Assembly: GCA_050084985.1 (NCBI GenBank)
Contig: JBITNC010000001.1
Location: 160,394,001-160,458,000, forward strand
Reading direction: 5' to 3'
DNA length: 64,000 nucleotides
Origin: Nageia nagi
Taxonomy: Eukaryota > Plantae > Pinophyta
Below the pieces are notes generated by a model. It ran no database searches and was not told the origin of the DNA. It saw only the letters and a list, made by a program, of their open reading frames with translations. A program made the position numbers and the translations under genes. This document shows positions 1-12,959 of the stretch, in pieces. Each line of letters starts with the position of its first letter. The stretch's first letter is position 1.

Positions 1-641
1 CCTAACTTGTTTACCTCTCGAGTAGAGAGACCATTTGAATAATGCTCTCTCATGCGGTCTCTCCATACCTTTAAATCATAAATATCCCCATCAACACTCT
101 TAATAGTATCAAATATGATTTTTATAAAATATGCAAACTATATTATTTCTTGTAATTGATTAATATCATGAGGAATAGCATCTCGTAACTACTGGTCATC
201 TACACCTATAGGTGGGGGTGGAGGGGGAGGAGGTGGAGAGAGTGGAGGAAGAGGAGGTGGAGATGGTGGAGGATTAACATGTGGAGAGGGTGAATTTTGG
301 GTGTAATTTTTATTCACTTCATCCAATGTCTCATATATACCATGATAAAATTCATGACATGACTCATCCTTGATCATAAAAAGGCACCTGCAAATATTAG
401 GAATAACATAGAAATAGAAATAAACTCGATTTAAATTGGATAATAATAGAATAGGCATTACTTATGAATTTGATATAACACATTTTTAACTAGAAAACTA
501 GCATATAATAACATACCATAGATCTTTATCCATCAATAAGGTCCTCATTTTAATGTTCCAATATTCATAGTCAACTTCATCAAGCTCAATGATTTGAAAA
601 GAGTCAATGTTATTGAAAATTATGTACAAATAATAATAAAC
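1..641 (-). pseudogene. Spliced pseudogene: exon 641-517 (Copia gag N-terminus/DUF4219-like), intron 516-388, exon 387-<1 (Pro-rich linker plus unknown domain)
   Basis: Exon A translates FQIIELDEVDYEYWNIKMRTLLMDKDLW, which matches the Copia gag N-terminal YxxWxxKMxxxLxxxDLW motif. Donor GTATGT at 516 and acceptor TTTGCAG at 388 join TG|G (Trp) in frame with ORF 189..458 (CLFMIKDESCHE...PPPP). The frame runs to the window edge with only two TAG stops. Confidence 0.6.
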
Positions 642-692
642 CTATAGAATAATTTAAAAAATAATTTGATAAATTATGACCAATTCCATGCA

Positions 693-1228
693 TGTAAGTC
701 TAACCTTCAAACTAAACAAAGACTTCATACCAAACAAATATTATAGTTTGAATAATAGAATACTAAAGCATAATACATAACTATGATAAAACATAGATGA
801 GATTAAATAAGTGCATAATAAAATGAATTAGTTATAACAAATCTACCTAGATATGGATAAATCTTATATTTTTAGAATCTATGCAAAGAAAGTTTCCTAA
901 TAAGATTACATATACAAGAAAAAGAGTTGTAAATTTCAAAATATGGAAGCTCTAAAAATTATCATGAGGAACTTGGATCAAAATGACTTTCTTTATTCCA
1001 ATCAACCTCAAATTTGAATACACTATAATAAATATCTAATATTACATGTTAAACACATCAAATATTATATTCTCCCATATTTATAGGTTAAGGAATCTCT
1101 TACACATTATCATTATCCCATTATATAATTATATAAATTGCTACAACTATAGTTTAATGTACAAAAATAGTTACAAGAAGCTAAGAAATGCCTAAGATGA
1201 TGATATAATATGTCATATAGATGTTACA
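693..1228 (-). mobile_element. Probable solo LTR
   Basis: TG...CA ends with inverted termini (TGTAAGTCTA / TAGATGTTACA) and a minus-strand CCTATAAAT box near 1080. No clean TSD. Confidence 0.4.
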
Positions 1229-2619
1229 AATGAGTATAAAGTTTCTTTATCAACTTCACATTCCAATATACCTTTTCATAGTCATACAGGAGAATAAAGG
1301 TTTTTTTGTATTCCTTATTTAGCTAACCATATGCAATTGACTATGCTAGAGATATACAACATTACTTATAATTTTCAATTATAAAAAGAATACTCACCCT
1401 AAAGTGAATTATTATTTGCTATTTTATCTTGAATATTTTTTTTTATTTTAATCTAATAGATATATGATTGTTTACCTCGGTAATAATTATTAGTCACCAT
1501 ATACCTTGGTCTACCTTTTTTCAATTTTTCCTAATGTGAAAAATATTTTTAGGAGAACTATATAACCACATGAATGATGAGCTACATTGAGATTAGAGTA
1601 AGTCCATCCTAAATTAGCTCATGATGATTGAGAGCATGGAGATACTTGAGATCTAGAATAGTAATGGCGATCAAGATAAATTGAAGATTTAGAATGACTA
1701 CATAGAGTAGGAAGAACAAATTAGGATTAGGATTTATCCCTATAGGAATAATCTGGTGGGACAATACTCATAATACAAGAAGTGCTACCTAAATGGTTAA
1801 ATAATATTCTATAATTATTTAAGCTCTATAGCCACCTTATTACTCTAAACTAATATCTAGAGAAGGACATTATATATAATAGAAACCTTGTTAGAAATAT
1901 TAAAATAAATAGGAGTACAAGAAAAAAAAAGTATCTTGTTCCTTTATTTTCAAATATTAAAAGGATGCTAATCTACAACAAATGCCATTCCTCCATAAAT
2001 AAGGATGGGAAACCTTATGTATCTAAAAGAAGGCTTTATGACCATGGGAACTAATTAAAAAGGAAAGGTTGAAAATAAACTAATGCTTGTAATCATAAGC
2101 TCTCATAAAACTTCAAAATAGATGTTTAACATCCTTAGTAGCAAGATAAAAGAGATATAAGGTATTGGAAATATCCATGTGTTTGAGGTGGTCACCTAAG
2201 GGTACACTTTGAGAGAAAAGGATCCATGGAAAAAATGGTTTCTTTGGTTGTAAGTAGATAGCCTTAAACCAAGCATGAAAGTTGTTGCTCAAAGGTCCAC
2301 CAAAAATTTCACTTAGTTTCCTAGATAGGCCTAACTACCCTTAGTTACCTCTTATTTTCCCATTATAACTACCCTTAGTTGCCTCTTAGTTTCCCATAAC
2401 ATTGATCCTATATATAGGATCAATTTTGGACTCTTCGTAAATATTTTAGATCCATTAGTAATCCACCATGTAATCCAAATTACCATACTCACATTTTCAC
2501 AATATATTATCTATTTATACTAATTTTATATATAGTTTATCATAACTTTTCCTATGCATATTAAGTCATATATAATTATCATGATATTTCAATATTATAT
2601 TTATGCTCCTATCACCTAG

Positions 2620-2761
2620 TCACTATTATAGCATCTTATCAAAGAATATGTTTACTTTTAAAGGTATAAAATAAGTAGTTGATATACCTAATCACTTTTA
2701 TAGCAATTTATCAAAAAATATGTTTACTTTTAAAGGTTTAAAACAAGTAGTTGATACACCA
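2620..2761. repeat. ~71-bp tandem duplication
   Basis: Two copies of tcact.ttatagca..ttatcaaa.aatatgtttacttttaaaggt.taaaa.aagtagttgata.acc. Confidence 0.85.
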
Positions 2762-3169
2762 ATTTTTTAATTTTTTTTGTTGTTTCAAACTTGAAATGTG
2801 ATGTGGGGTTGCTTCAAAATGAGAAGGAAAAAAAGGATTCTATTTTTAATCTTAATGCATTCAATGTTCATTTTCTTGCAAGAATAAAGGAAATAATTTA
2901 GTAATAAAAATGGATTTTTTAACCAAAAATATAATCCAAGGGTTGTAAAGAATACATAAAAAATATGATATTTAGTAAAAAAACCAGAAAAGAGTAGCCA
3001 TGATAGCTCAAACTAACTTGGACAATGCAAGGTAAATTTGAAGGTAGAAGTTGGTAGGAGGACCATTGAAATTAAGATCTTGAAAATATATGTAGTTGGT
3101 TCTAGGGTTGGCTAGGAGTGCAAGCTGGCAAGCTAGAAAATGAGCTCCATGGCCTACATCATGATATTT

Positions 3170-3370
3170 AACTTTCATGAATCAAAATATTGATATTTTA
3201 GGATCCCAATATTTCATGATCCCAAACTAGGCTCGATTGATGAGCCCATATTGAGATCCTAATATCTCTTAGGATCAAGGTCTCAAAATATCAAGATTTT
3301 GATTTTTTTGACCCTAAATTTTTACTCTGCACTTCCTCTTTATGTGGACCCAACTTCTTTCTTCAACCCA
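3170..3370 (-). mobile_element. DNA-transposon terminus related to the Sola2-like terminus at 25159, with a subterminal inverted repeat
   Basis: 3345-3370 matches 25134-25159 at 20/26 nt (tggacccaacttctttcttcaaccca vs tggatccaacttcttgcattgacccc). 3181-3199 and 3285-3303 are inverted repeats. Confidence 0.45.
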
Positions 3371-3399
3371 TTTATCAATAAGATAATATGTTAAACCAT

Positions 3400-4330
3400 T
3401 TCAAATCACTGATTTGCTAATACCATTCATGCAATAATATTTTTATTATGAATAGCATCAACTTTAGTGGAATTATTTTTTGATCGAGCATCAAGTTAGT
3501 TGACTTGGGTGATTGATTAATTATAAATTCTTTATCAATCGACCTATGCATATGTTGAAACTAGTTTTCTTAATATTTGTTTTTAATTTATAAATATGAT
3601 AAATAACTATTATTTGATGAGATGTTGGTTAAAGGTGCCTTGGATATATATATGGATCTACATTTTACTAGGAATTTTTTCAAATAAATCATAAGGGTTC
3701 ATTATTGCTATATCCATGAATTGCCTATATTCCGTCATTGCATTCTATGAAACTACTTTTCAATATCGTATTTGGTAAAAAAAAATTCTATTTCATAGTT
3801 TCAAAATGATTATTCATGAGATTGTTATTCCTCTTTAGCTACAATTTGTCAAGACATTTTAAGAAACACCTCAATATTACCTATAGTGCATTGACATATT
3901 CCATATCCAATTTCATAAGGTGTTTAGTCAAACAAATTCAATAGGTTTCCATTATGTAATACTAGTTTATATTTGATATGAGGCATTTTATTTAATAACT
4001 AGTATGCTAAAATTCATTCCATCTAACTACCTTTTTGGTTTGACATTTTATCAAATAAATCATAGGATTAATAGGCCTTTTCATTAGAATGTATTATGGT
4101 ATGATGAAGCATTTTTTTAAATAATTAAAATATATATCAACTTGTAATTCTATAAGGTATTTTGATCAAGTCTAGAAATCAATAGATTTTATAAGATCAT
4201 AGTTCGATGAGGCCTTTTATCAAATGTATCATTGTGTTTCTAAACCTACTTTCAATAATACATTTTGTCAAATATATATATTCTTTCTTGAATTTTCTAT
4301 TTGATTACACATTTTAGGAAAATTCAAAAT
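3400..4330 (-). pseudogene. Collapsed array of PPR S-type motif fragments
   Basis: Repeated minus-strand LFDKMPxR/VVSWN-like cores: FDKMYY, FDKRPHRT, LFDKMSNQK..RWN, KVVS*NAM, YDLFEKIPSK. Confidence 0.65.
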
Positions 4331-4579
4331 TAATTAAAGTTTCTTACTATATTATAGAAATATTTTATGGCTTAGTATCAATACGCCAAGAATTACACTA
4401 CCTACATGAGATACAATCCAAATAAATTTTGGAAATTGCCTCAAGTTTATATTTTTCATGGTTAAGTTTCAATTTATAGCTAAGGAAACTAAGATATTTT
4501 TTTTATATAGCCATAATGCTAAATTGCCATAGTGCTCAATTGCCATGAGTTTATAAAATAATTTTCAAGGGTTACCCTT

Positions 4580-5000
4580 AAAAGTTACATTAATAGACAT
4601 GTATGCAAAATGTGGAAAAATACACAAGGCCCAAGAATACGAGCACAATTGTGTAGTTATGCATCTAAGGAATAATACAAGAGTCACTCATGTTATTAAA
4701 GTATTTACAAGAATATGGTATATTCAATATATCTAAATGCAAGTTGTATCTTAACAAATCCACTTTGACTATAAGATGTAACTAGCCTTTAAAGATATTC
4801 ATTATACCATAATTTCATGTTCTATAATGATCACATGATATACAAAATATGATGCAAACACACTTTAATGGATTATAATGATTACAGGTTATGTACAAAA
4901 TGGATACATTGAAAATAACCATTAGTTATTTGATAAAATACCTTATCAAGATGCAATCTCTTGGACTATAATGATCTAGGATATGCAAAAAATGAAAGAC
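4580..5000 (+). pseudogene. PLS-class PPR fragments in mixed orientation
   Basis: + strand LIDMYAKCGKIHKAQE (4588-4640); minus-strand KYFNNMSDSCIIP (4645-4710); + strand WIIMITGYVQNGYIE..LFDKIPYQDAISWTIMI (4870-4980). Confidence 0.8.
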
Positions 5001-5129
5001 TATAAAAATTATGTTTGTGTCAAATATTTCCCAGGCCTTGCATCATGTATCTATTTAAAAGTACAAAATTTCCTATCATATGATGGAATTGGATCATTTT
5101 ATATCATATGTTTTAAGCATATAGGTTGG

Positions 5130-5670
5130 TTGTATGGTATCATTATCAATAATGTTGGCATATAACTTTGATATTTCTATTTATAGATTCTAAATATAGG
5201 TAGCCCTAACTTATCTAATTAATGATATTTTGAATATGTTATCATGGGGGAAATACATCCCACCTTTCTATATTATTTTTTTTTACTATAGAGGTAAGAA
5301 AACATATCATTTAAATTTTTTGTTTGAATAATTGCTAAGTATTACAAGTTTGATTTTGCCAACTTACCTTTTTGGATAGATTTGTGATACTTTCTTAAAG
5401 TATAATATTTCATCATATACCTAGTTTTACACATGACAATTGCATATGCTTAAAATTACCTACAATCTTTCATTTTATGTATATTGTACAATCATAGGAT
5501 TAATCATTATACATGAATTATTAACATACTTGGTCATGCAAGATATCTCTAGGTAGGTTTGAACATCATTATAAAAATACCCATAAACCTTGAATTGGGT
5601 GTGTGCACATGTGTAACTAGCATTTATAAATAAAATATAATGGCTCATGTAGGTTATCTTGAGAATCAAC
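5130..5670 (+). pseudogene. Internally deleted PPR gene relic (N-terminal motifs fused to S2-E1), copy 1
   Basis: Direct repeat of 6270-6810; ends in the S2/E1-like INHYT.IINILGHARYL*VGLNIIIKIPINLELGVCTCV. Confidence 0.65.
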
Positions 5671-5769
5671 TACCAGACATGGTATAAATTATTTTTCTTT
5701 ATTTGTACTTATATATATAGGGTAAAATAATTTCATATCATATACTATAATTTGCAATTTTGATAAATT

Positions 5770-6260
5770 GTAAAACTTTATGGTTTACAATGATTCCATA
5801 GTATGCACAAAATGGGTTTTATAAAAGAGATCCATAGATATGTATGCAAAATTTGGAAGAATATACAAGTCTTGGGAATTGTTTAATAAGATACATGATA
5901 CAAATAGTTTCATGGTATGCAATCATTACAAGATACATGCAAAATGGGATTTTTAAAAAAGGCCCATAGACATGTATGCAAAACATCAAAGAATATACAA
6001 GGCCCAAAAGTTATTTGATAAGATATACAATGCAAATAGTTTCATATTTTGAAATGATTGTAGCATACACATAAAATGGGTTTTCTAGAAAATGCCCATA
6101 TATATGCATTTGAAATATGGAAGAATACATAAGCTATGGTAATTGTTTGATAATATGCATGATACAAACATAATTTCTTGGAATGCAATTATTACAAGAC
6201 ATGTAATTCATGGTTAAAATAAGGATAAGCTTAAACTCTTTAACCTATTATAGCATCCAA
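5770..6260 (+). repeat. Tandem ~131-bp PPR-derived unit (about 3.5 copies)
   Basis: aaatggg..tt..aaaa..ccatagacatgtatgcaaaa...tttgataagat.catgat recurs at ~5811, 5942 and 6073; translates as QNGF.EKA|IDMYAK.G.I.KA.ELFDK.HD. Confidence 0.8.
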
Positions 6261-6269
6261 GTTGTTTGC

Positions 6270-6720
6270 ATGATGAGATTATCAATTATGTTGAATCATA
6301 ACACTGGTATATCTACTAAGGGCTTGTAAATATAGATAGCCATGACTTATCTAATTCATGATTTTTTAAACAGGTTATCATGGGGGAAAAATATCCAACC
6401 TTTATATTTTATTATGCATATTGTGGAGGTAAGATAACATAGCACTTAAATGTCTAGGTTGAATATTTGTTAAGTATTACAAGTTTTGTATTTATTTATT
6501 TACCACTTTTGGGTTCATTTTTCATGATTTTTTAAAGTATAGTGTTTCATCATATAGCTAGTTTTACACCTGATAATTGCATCTTCTTAAAAGTCTCAAT
6601 AAGTCTTTCATTATTTGCATATCCTACAATCTTATGATTAATCATTATACATGCATTATGGACCTTATTTATCTTACAATATATCTCGTGGTAGCTTCAA
6701 AATTCACTACTAAAATACCC
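6270..6720 (+). pseudogene. Internally deleted PPR gene relic, copy 2
   Basis: Direct repeat of 5130-5670; contains LSWGKNI, FTPDNCIF and INHYTCIMDLI motifs. Confidence 0.65.
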
Positions 6721-7110
6721 ATAAACCTTTGAATTGGTTGTAATCATGTGTGTAATTGGTGATTATAAATTGAGTGTTGTGATTTGTGTAGACTATCTTG
6801 AGGGAGATTTGAACTTCACCTCCAAAATATCCATAAACCCTAAATTGGATGTGTGCATATATGTACTTGGTTCTTATAAATTGAATGTGTTCAATAAGGT
6901 TATCTTAAGGAAGCTTTGAACTTAAATACCAAAATACCCATAAACCTTGAATTGGGTATGTAGATGTGTCTAGTTGGTACTCAAAAATTAAATCTTGTGG
7001 TTTGTGCAAGCTATGGGAGCTTTGAACTTTCACTTTCAAAATACCCATCAATCCTTAATTGGGTGTATAGATATGTCTATTTGGTTCTTATAAATCAAAT
7101 GTTGTGGATT
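6690..7110 (+). repeat. Tandem ~107-bp unit derived from the PPR S2/E1 junction (4 copies)
   Basis: aaaatacccataaacc...aattggg recurs at ~6712, 6824, 6931 and 7038. ORF 6734..6919 reads DYLEGDLNFTSKISINPKLDVCIYVLGSYK, matching GYLEEALNFIIKMPIKP...VWMCLLGACK. Confidence 0.8.
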
Positions 7111-7789
7111 TGTTTGATAAGATGCATGACATAATAATTTTTCATAGTCTACAATTATTACACAATATAGAAAAAGGGTTTTTGTAAAAACACCATAGAC
7201 ACATGAAACTTGTGTAAGAATAAAATAAGACTTGATATTTTTTTGAGAAGATGCATGATGAAAATGCTATTTTTCTTATGATCCCATAACATGTTATTAA
7301 TATTATAACTGTATTTATCCCATATGTATTAGAATTGGAATGTGAAGGGTTGTAAGGGCTATTTATATGAGATCCTTCCCTATTATAATGTTTTTATTAA
7401 TGGGCTAATTTTGTATTTATAAAAAAATGGTGAAGTTTCTAAGGGTCTTCACAAACCTTTACAAAAAGAAGTATCATAATACTTAGGATGTTTACATAGG
7501 TAGTTGGCTGCATTCTACCATCCATACATAATTAAGGAGTAATTTTCCTCCACTACTTAGTCAAACCAATTTTAAAAACCCATTTCCATTATTTACAACT
7601 AATTCACTAATAACTATGAAAAGATAACAAAAGAATTAAGATAACTTACTACATACATTTATCATCTCTATTTAAACACAACAATATACCCACTACTCTA
7701 GCTTCTAATAAAAAACAAAATACTATAAGATCAAAATTCAAAGGTCAAGAGTAACTTCACACCAAAGGGAAACTACTTTAGCTAAAAAT

Positions 7790-8830
7790 AATCTTACTTT
7801 CTTTTCATTTTAATGATATGAATTGTTGCTTCTTGTAGTTGAACTTATAGAATTTGTTATACATTTTCCTTAGCATTATTTCTTGAAATCCAAGGTTTTT
7901 TTCTACATCATTATACTTCATACTATGGGCTTCTTTACTTAGTATTACTTCTTCTCAATATCATTATGAAATATAAGGCTAAAGGATTTACTGAGAGGTG
8001 TTAAACCTTCCTTCTACTCTTCCACTATCTCCCCTAGTGCTATCATTAATCTAACTTTCCCCTCATGATTGGATACTATGTATTTTGGTTTATCAAGGAT
8101 AACTTCTTTCATCATGATGTCCCTCTTTTTGATAATTTTTGGTAATTTACTTAAATTCTTATCAATTTCCCTGATTTTGAATTCTTATGGAGGAATTGAT
8201 TTCTCTAGATTTATTATTTTAACCCCTTCAAACACTAATTTTTTTATCAAAGGTAAAATTATATAATAGTGAATTTTTATACAAGACCCAAAAATCTATT
8301 TTTACAAAAAATATGCATAGTATATATCACTTTCTTATCATCAAACTATGATCACCTACATTCACCTACTTCATCCCACCATTGGCAGAGGGGTTCATCC
8401 ATCTATAGTAACTAAAAATTTCATATAGATATGGCACATGTGCATGGTCATCCATTTCCATGGCCTATCTTTTTACTACCATTGCTCTAGCATAGGCTCC
8501 CATTTATCTAGAAATGCATAAATGTTTGAGACCATAGTTCTATAGTCCCTAGAATGGTGGATTCCTTCATTGGCCATTTTGATAGCAATTACAATTAGGT
8601 TGGAGCTGATGGTGAATTGAAAACCATATACGATCACCCTCCCTTTGTCCCAAGTGTTTGACACCTTTTAGAACTAACTTTCATCATGCCCATGTAAGGA
8701 TTCCATGAATCCATGGATTCCTCCATTACAAAGAATACCCCACATAACTAGATCCTCCCTAAAATAGTTACAATTATCATGTTCTATTCATTTCTATCTG
8801 TACATTTTGAAATATTTTGTCAATCATCTT
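7790..8830 (-). pseudogene. Extra ORF downstream of LINE ORF2 (unknown domain family, homologous to 14390-16186)
   Basis: IEHDNCNYFREDLVMWGILCNGGIHGFMESLHGHDE...VSNTWDKGRVIVYGFQFTISSNLIVIAIKMANEG at ~8790-8560, followed by a Lys/Glu-rich decayed frame. Confidence 0.55.
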
Positions 8831-9199
8831 AGGTACTTCAATCTTCTACAAAAAAGGAATTGTATTTTCTTTTTACCACTTCCAGATACAAATTTTTACT
8901 CATTCATGTTTAGCATACTATCCATATAATTATTTATGTGATCAATATCCCTAGTTATCTCAATCTATGGCCTCACTATAGTCACCCTATTAATCATCCA
9001 TTTGTACCTTCTCATATATGCATAATTAATATCAGCATGTCTACCTTCTATGTGGGAATTATTAGCCTTATCTATGGTCACCCAAGGAATGAATACACAT
9101 ATAAATCTTCTTAATTTTCATGCCTTCCCCATCCCTTGGCTTGTGTGAATCATCATTCATCCCCTCACCCTACCAATGCCATCCATTTGATCAGAATAT

Positions 9200-12100
9200 T
9201 TATAATGAATACGCTATTTTTCATTAACTAATCCCATTATTTTTCACAAAAGGTTTATGGGCCTCATTTATGTGCCTTGGAAAATACTTCTATTTTGATC
9301 CTTCTAGATTTCCCATATTATGTATGGGAGCAAGAATTTCCACCATAATTATAAAGTCTTTTTAATTAGGGATGGTGACCATTCATACACCATAGCTTGA
9401 ATAGAATTTTTGATCCAATACAGGTGTTGCTCTATACTTCCTTTACATAGGGGTAGTTTAGAAGCAAGTGATCCATCATCTCTTCCTCTTAGAGGCACAG
9501 AATGCATCTATTTGATGTTGTTAAGCCATGTTTTCTCAAGTTATCTATAGTTAGAATTTTTTTCTAAAAATTTAGCCAAAGGAAGTGGACCACCTTTGGT
9601 GTTATGCCTTTTATCCATATTTTTTGAGTTAGAAAATTCTCATTTATGGGAGGGGTAATTAACCTATATCAAGATTTAACTAAATAAATTCTAGATTTTA
9701 CTAATTTCCATCAAGGTCTGTCTTCTATGATATTACACTATTGGATTGGGATTTATCTCAAGATGTTATTTATGGTGGTTGTATATTGAACAAGCTGCAT
9801 ATGAAGGGGATTTAGCTCCTTACATTTTAATCTTCCTTCAAATTGGTGTAAACATTATACTTTTACCCTAATTTCATTAATTACCCATCTTCTGCATGCT
9901 ATCATGTCCCCCCAAGGAAAAGATCATGGTCCAATCATCCTCCCCAAAGTTGATGAGTTTACCATTACCAAGCTTCTACTAAACCCAATTTTAGAGGATA
10001 GGTGTGGTTTTCTTTAGGTTATTCTAGAAAGCTGAGTTATGGGGAATGATCTTAGCCTTAAGAAAGTAGGGTTCATGTTTTAGATACTTTTATTGGAAGA
10101 TTTTGACCCAATTTTTGTCTTCATTTTTGCTCAAGTACCACCCCAATTTACTTTCAAGAATTAGATTAAATTATTGGATTTGCCTCAATCCAAGTCCATC
10201 CTCATTTTTTGTCATGCACACTTTTTCACACATTACTATACCATTCTCTTTTTTTCCTCTAAACCCATCTATAGAAAATTGTTGTAAATCTAATCTATCT
10301 TTTTACATATGCTAACCTGAATATTAAATACAGATTTATAATACATGGGCATGCTCTAGAGTACTACCACCCTCTTTCTTTGGCATGCACAATTTTTTCT
10401 AGATTACTAATGCCATTCTCTTTTTTCCCTCTAGACCCATCCATAGAAAATTGGTACAAATCTAATCTATATTTTTACATATGCTAACCAGAATATTAAA
10501 TATAGATTCATAATACATAGGCATGCTCTAGAGTACTATTTTATCCAATAGAAACTTTCATGCAATATTAAGAGTGGCTCCTTTCCAACTAGCTAGCTTA
10601 TTATGTATTCTTTCCATTAGCCTTACCCATAGGACTTCTTTTGATGGACCATAGAAGAGTGGCATACCTAGGTAGATCCTTGGGAGTTCCCCAATTTGAC
10701 AAGCAAAATATTAGCAATTCTACTTTTCCTATAAGTATGTGTGAAGAAGATCTTACTTATATCAAAATTGATTTTTTGTTGGGATGCTTATTCATAGGCC
10801 TTAAAGATCTTGAGGTAATATTTTGCTTCTATAATCAAGGTTGCACCCATGAGCATCGAATCATCCACAAATTATCCATGGGTGACCATAGCACATGTAG
10901 TGGCTAGTTTGATCCCATTAATCTTTTCACATCTTTTCCATGCATTAATTTTTCTTCCTAATGCTTTTGCCATGATAATGAATAGATATGGGGAGAGGAG
11001 ATCACCTTGGTTCAATTCTCTTTTTGATGGAAAAAATCTATCGGTTCCCCATTGATTAATACCAAAAATGTAATAATAGTCACATATTGTTGGATCCAAA
11101 CTCTCCAAATGGATAAAAAGCTAATTTGTTTGTAGATTTTATCAAGGTCTAGTTGACTCTATCATATCTTTTTTGCATATCTATTTTGAAGAGAAAGGAT
11201 TCCACCCCTACATCTTATGTTGAGTGAATTACTCCATGAATCTCAATGATACTATTCACAATTTGGTGTCCTTGAATAAAATCTCCTTATTCAAGGGATA
11301 TGATCATAAGAAGAATAGGATTTAACCTATTTTCTATTATTTTCATGATGATTTTGTACACCACATTGCATAAGCTAATGGGCATGAAGTTCTTGAAGTT
11401 TTTGGAAACTACCACCTTTAGTATAAGAGCTAGAAATATTGTATTCTAGGCCTTTAGAAGTTTCCCAAAGTTGAAGAATTCACATGCTACCTCAAATACT
11501 TCTTTTCCAATAATGTACCAAAATGCCATGAATAATTCAATTAGGAATCCATCCGGACCCAAAGACCTGTTTCTACCCATATCCTTGACTGTAGCTTCAA
11601 CTTCTTTTAGAGTGAGGGGTTTTATGAGGAACACATTCTATTCATCTATGATAAGTTGGGGAATGTGGGTTAGAAAGTCATCCATTGCTTGCTCCTCCAC
11701 CACTTCATCTAGGGGTAGTAGTTTTTCAAAGTATATAATTCCTTCCATTCTAATTTCTACTGGATCTTGAGATAAAGACTCATCATCTTTTAGGATCTCA
11801 TTTATCCTATTTTTCACTCTATGTTTGATGGTTTTTAATTTAAATAACCTTGTATTTCAATCCCAATTTTTTATATAGTTTAATCTTGATTTCTTAAAGA
11901 AATATGCCTCTAATGCCAAGGTTGTGTGGTATTCACATAATTTCTTTATTTTCTTTTGCATGATTTTTGGGCTTCCTCTACTTTCTATTATCTCTCTATC
12001 TATTTCTAATATTTTCTCTTGTAGATTTTATTTTCTCATCTGTATATTTCCAAAGAATTTCTTATTCCATACTTTAAGGTTTTGCTTGACATACTAAAGT

Positions 12101-12945
12101 TTATTTGTGATGTTGAACATTCTTGTTCCATGAATAATAGTGTTCCACAATTCTTTGGTTTTGATTTCTAGGTCTAGATGACTCAACCACATGATTTTAA
12201 ACCTATAAGGATTATTCATATGTTTTTTTGTGTTATTCAAGGATTGATGGAGGAGATTATGGTTCAATATAATCCTTGGCATATATTTTAAGAAGGCATC
12301 TAAATCAATACTCATTAGTGATTCAAAAATGAGAATTCTATCGAGTCTATATAGAATGAGCACCATACCTTTCTATTTATTTGTCCATATATACTTACTT
12401 CCATGAAATTTAAGGTTAATAAGGTTGGTTTAATTGATACAATTATTTAGATATCTCATTAATTTCAGTTTCACATTTTCTAAAGAGCCTCTTTTTAGTT
12501 GAGTCTTATGGTGTATTAAAATCTCTAGAGATGATCCATTTCTCATTTGAATTTGCTTCAATAATTCCTTTTATCTGCTACTAGAGTGCCTTCCTCCATT
12601 AGTGAGTGTTAGGAGAATATATTGTGATCATATGAAATTTGGATTTATCCTCTATATCTTCTAGAGTAATGTACAACATATGATGATTATCGAAAATATT
12701 TTCCCCCTTATATTTTTTGGGATTCCATAATGTCATGATTCCACCTTGGTTTCCAAGAATCAAGATCACTTACATCTTTGCATACTTCTATATATTATTC
12801 TTAACCTATACTAATTTCCCTACTTTGACTTTAGTTTCTTATATTAGTAGAATATCAAGCTTCCATGATCTATGGTTATCTTGTAGAAGCTTGTATTGGG
12901 TAGATGTGTTTATCCCCCACATGTTATAGGACAAAACTATGATTT
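9200..12945 (-). pseudogene. LINE ORF2 relic (endonuclease-reverse transcriptase)
   Basis: IIVLSYNMWG start (~12945); YRLDRIL; YRFKIMWL; RSLGPDGF; ELNQGDLLSPYLFII; THG*FVDD (~10860-10885); LTIDNLRK..RCILC..EEMMDHLLL (~9460-9560); IWEI*KDQNRSIF. Confidence 0.9.
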
Positions 12946-12959
12946 ATTATTATTTTTTA

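Noticed and set aside
189-458. 89-aa Pro-rich ORF as an extensin-like gene
   Set aside because: The N-terminal part lies in an intron-like segment, the frame continues past a TAG, and there is no signal peptide or repeated SPPPP organisation; it is better explained as an internal exon of a pseudogene.
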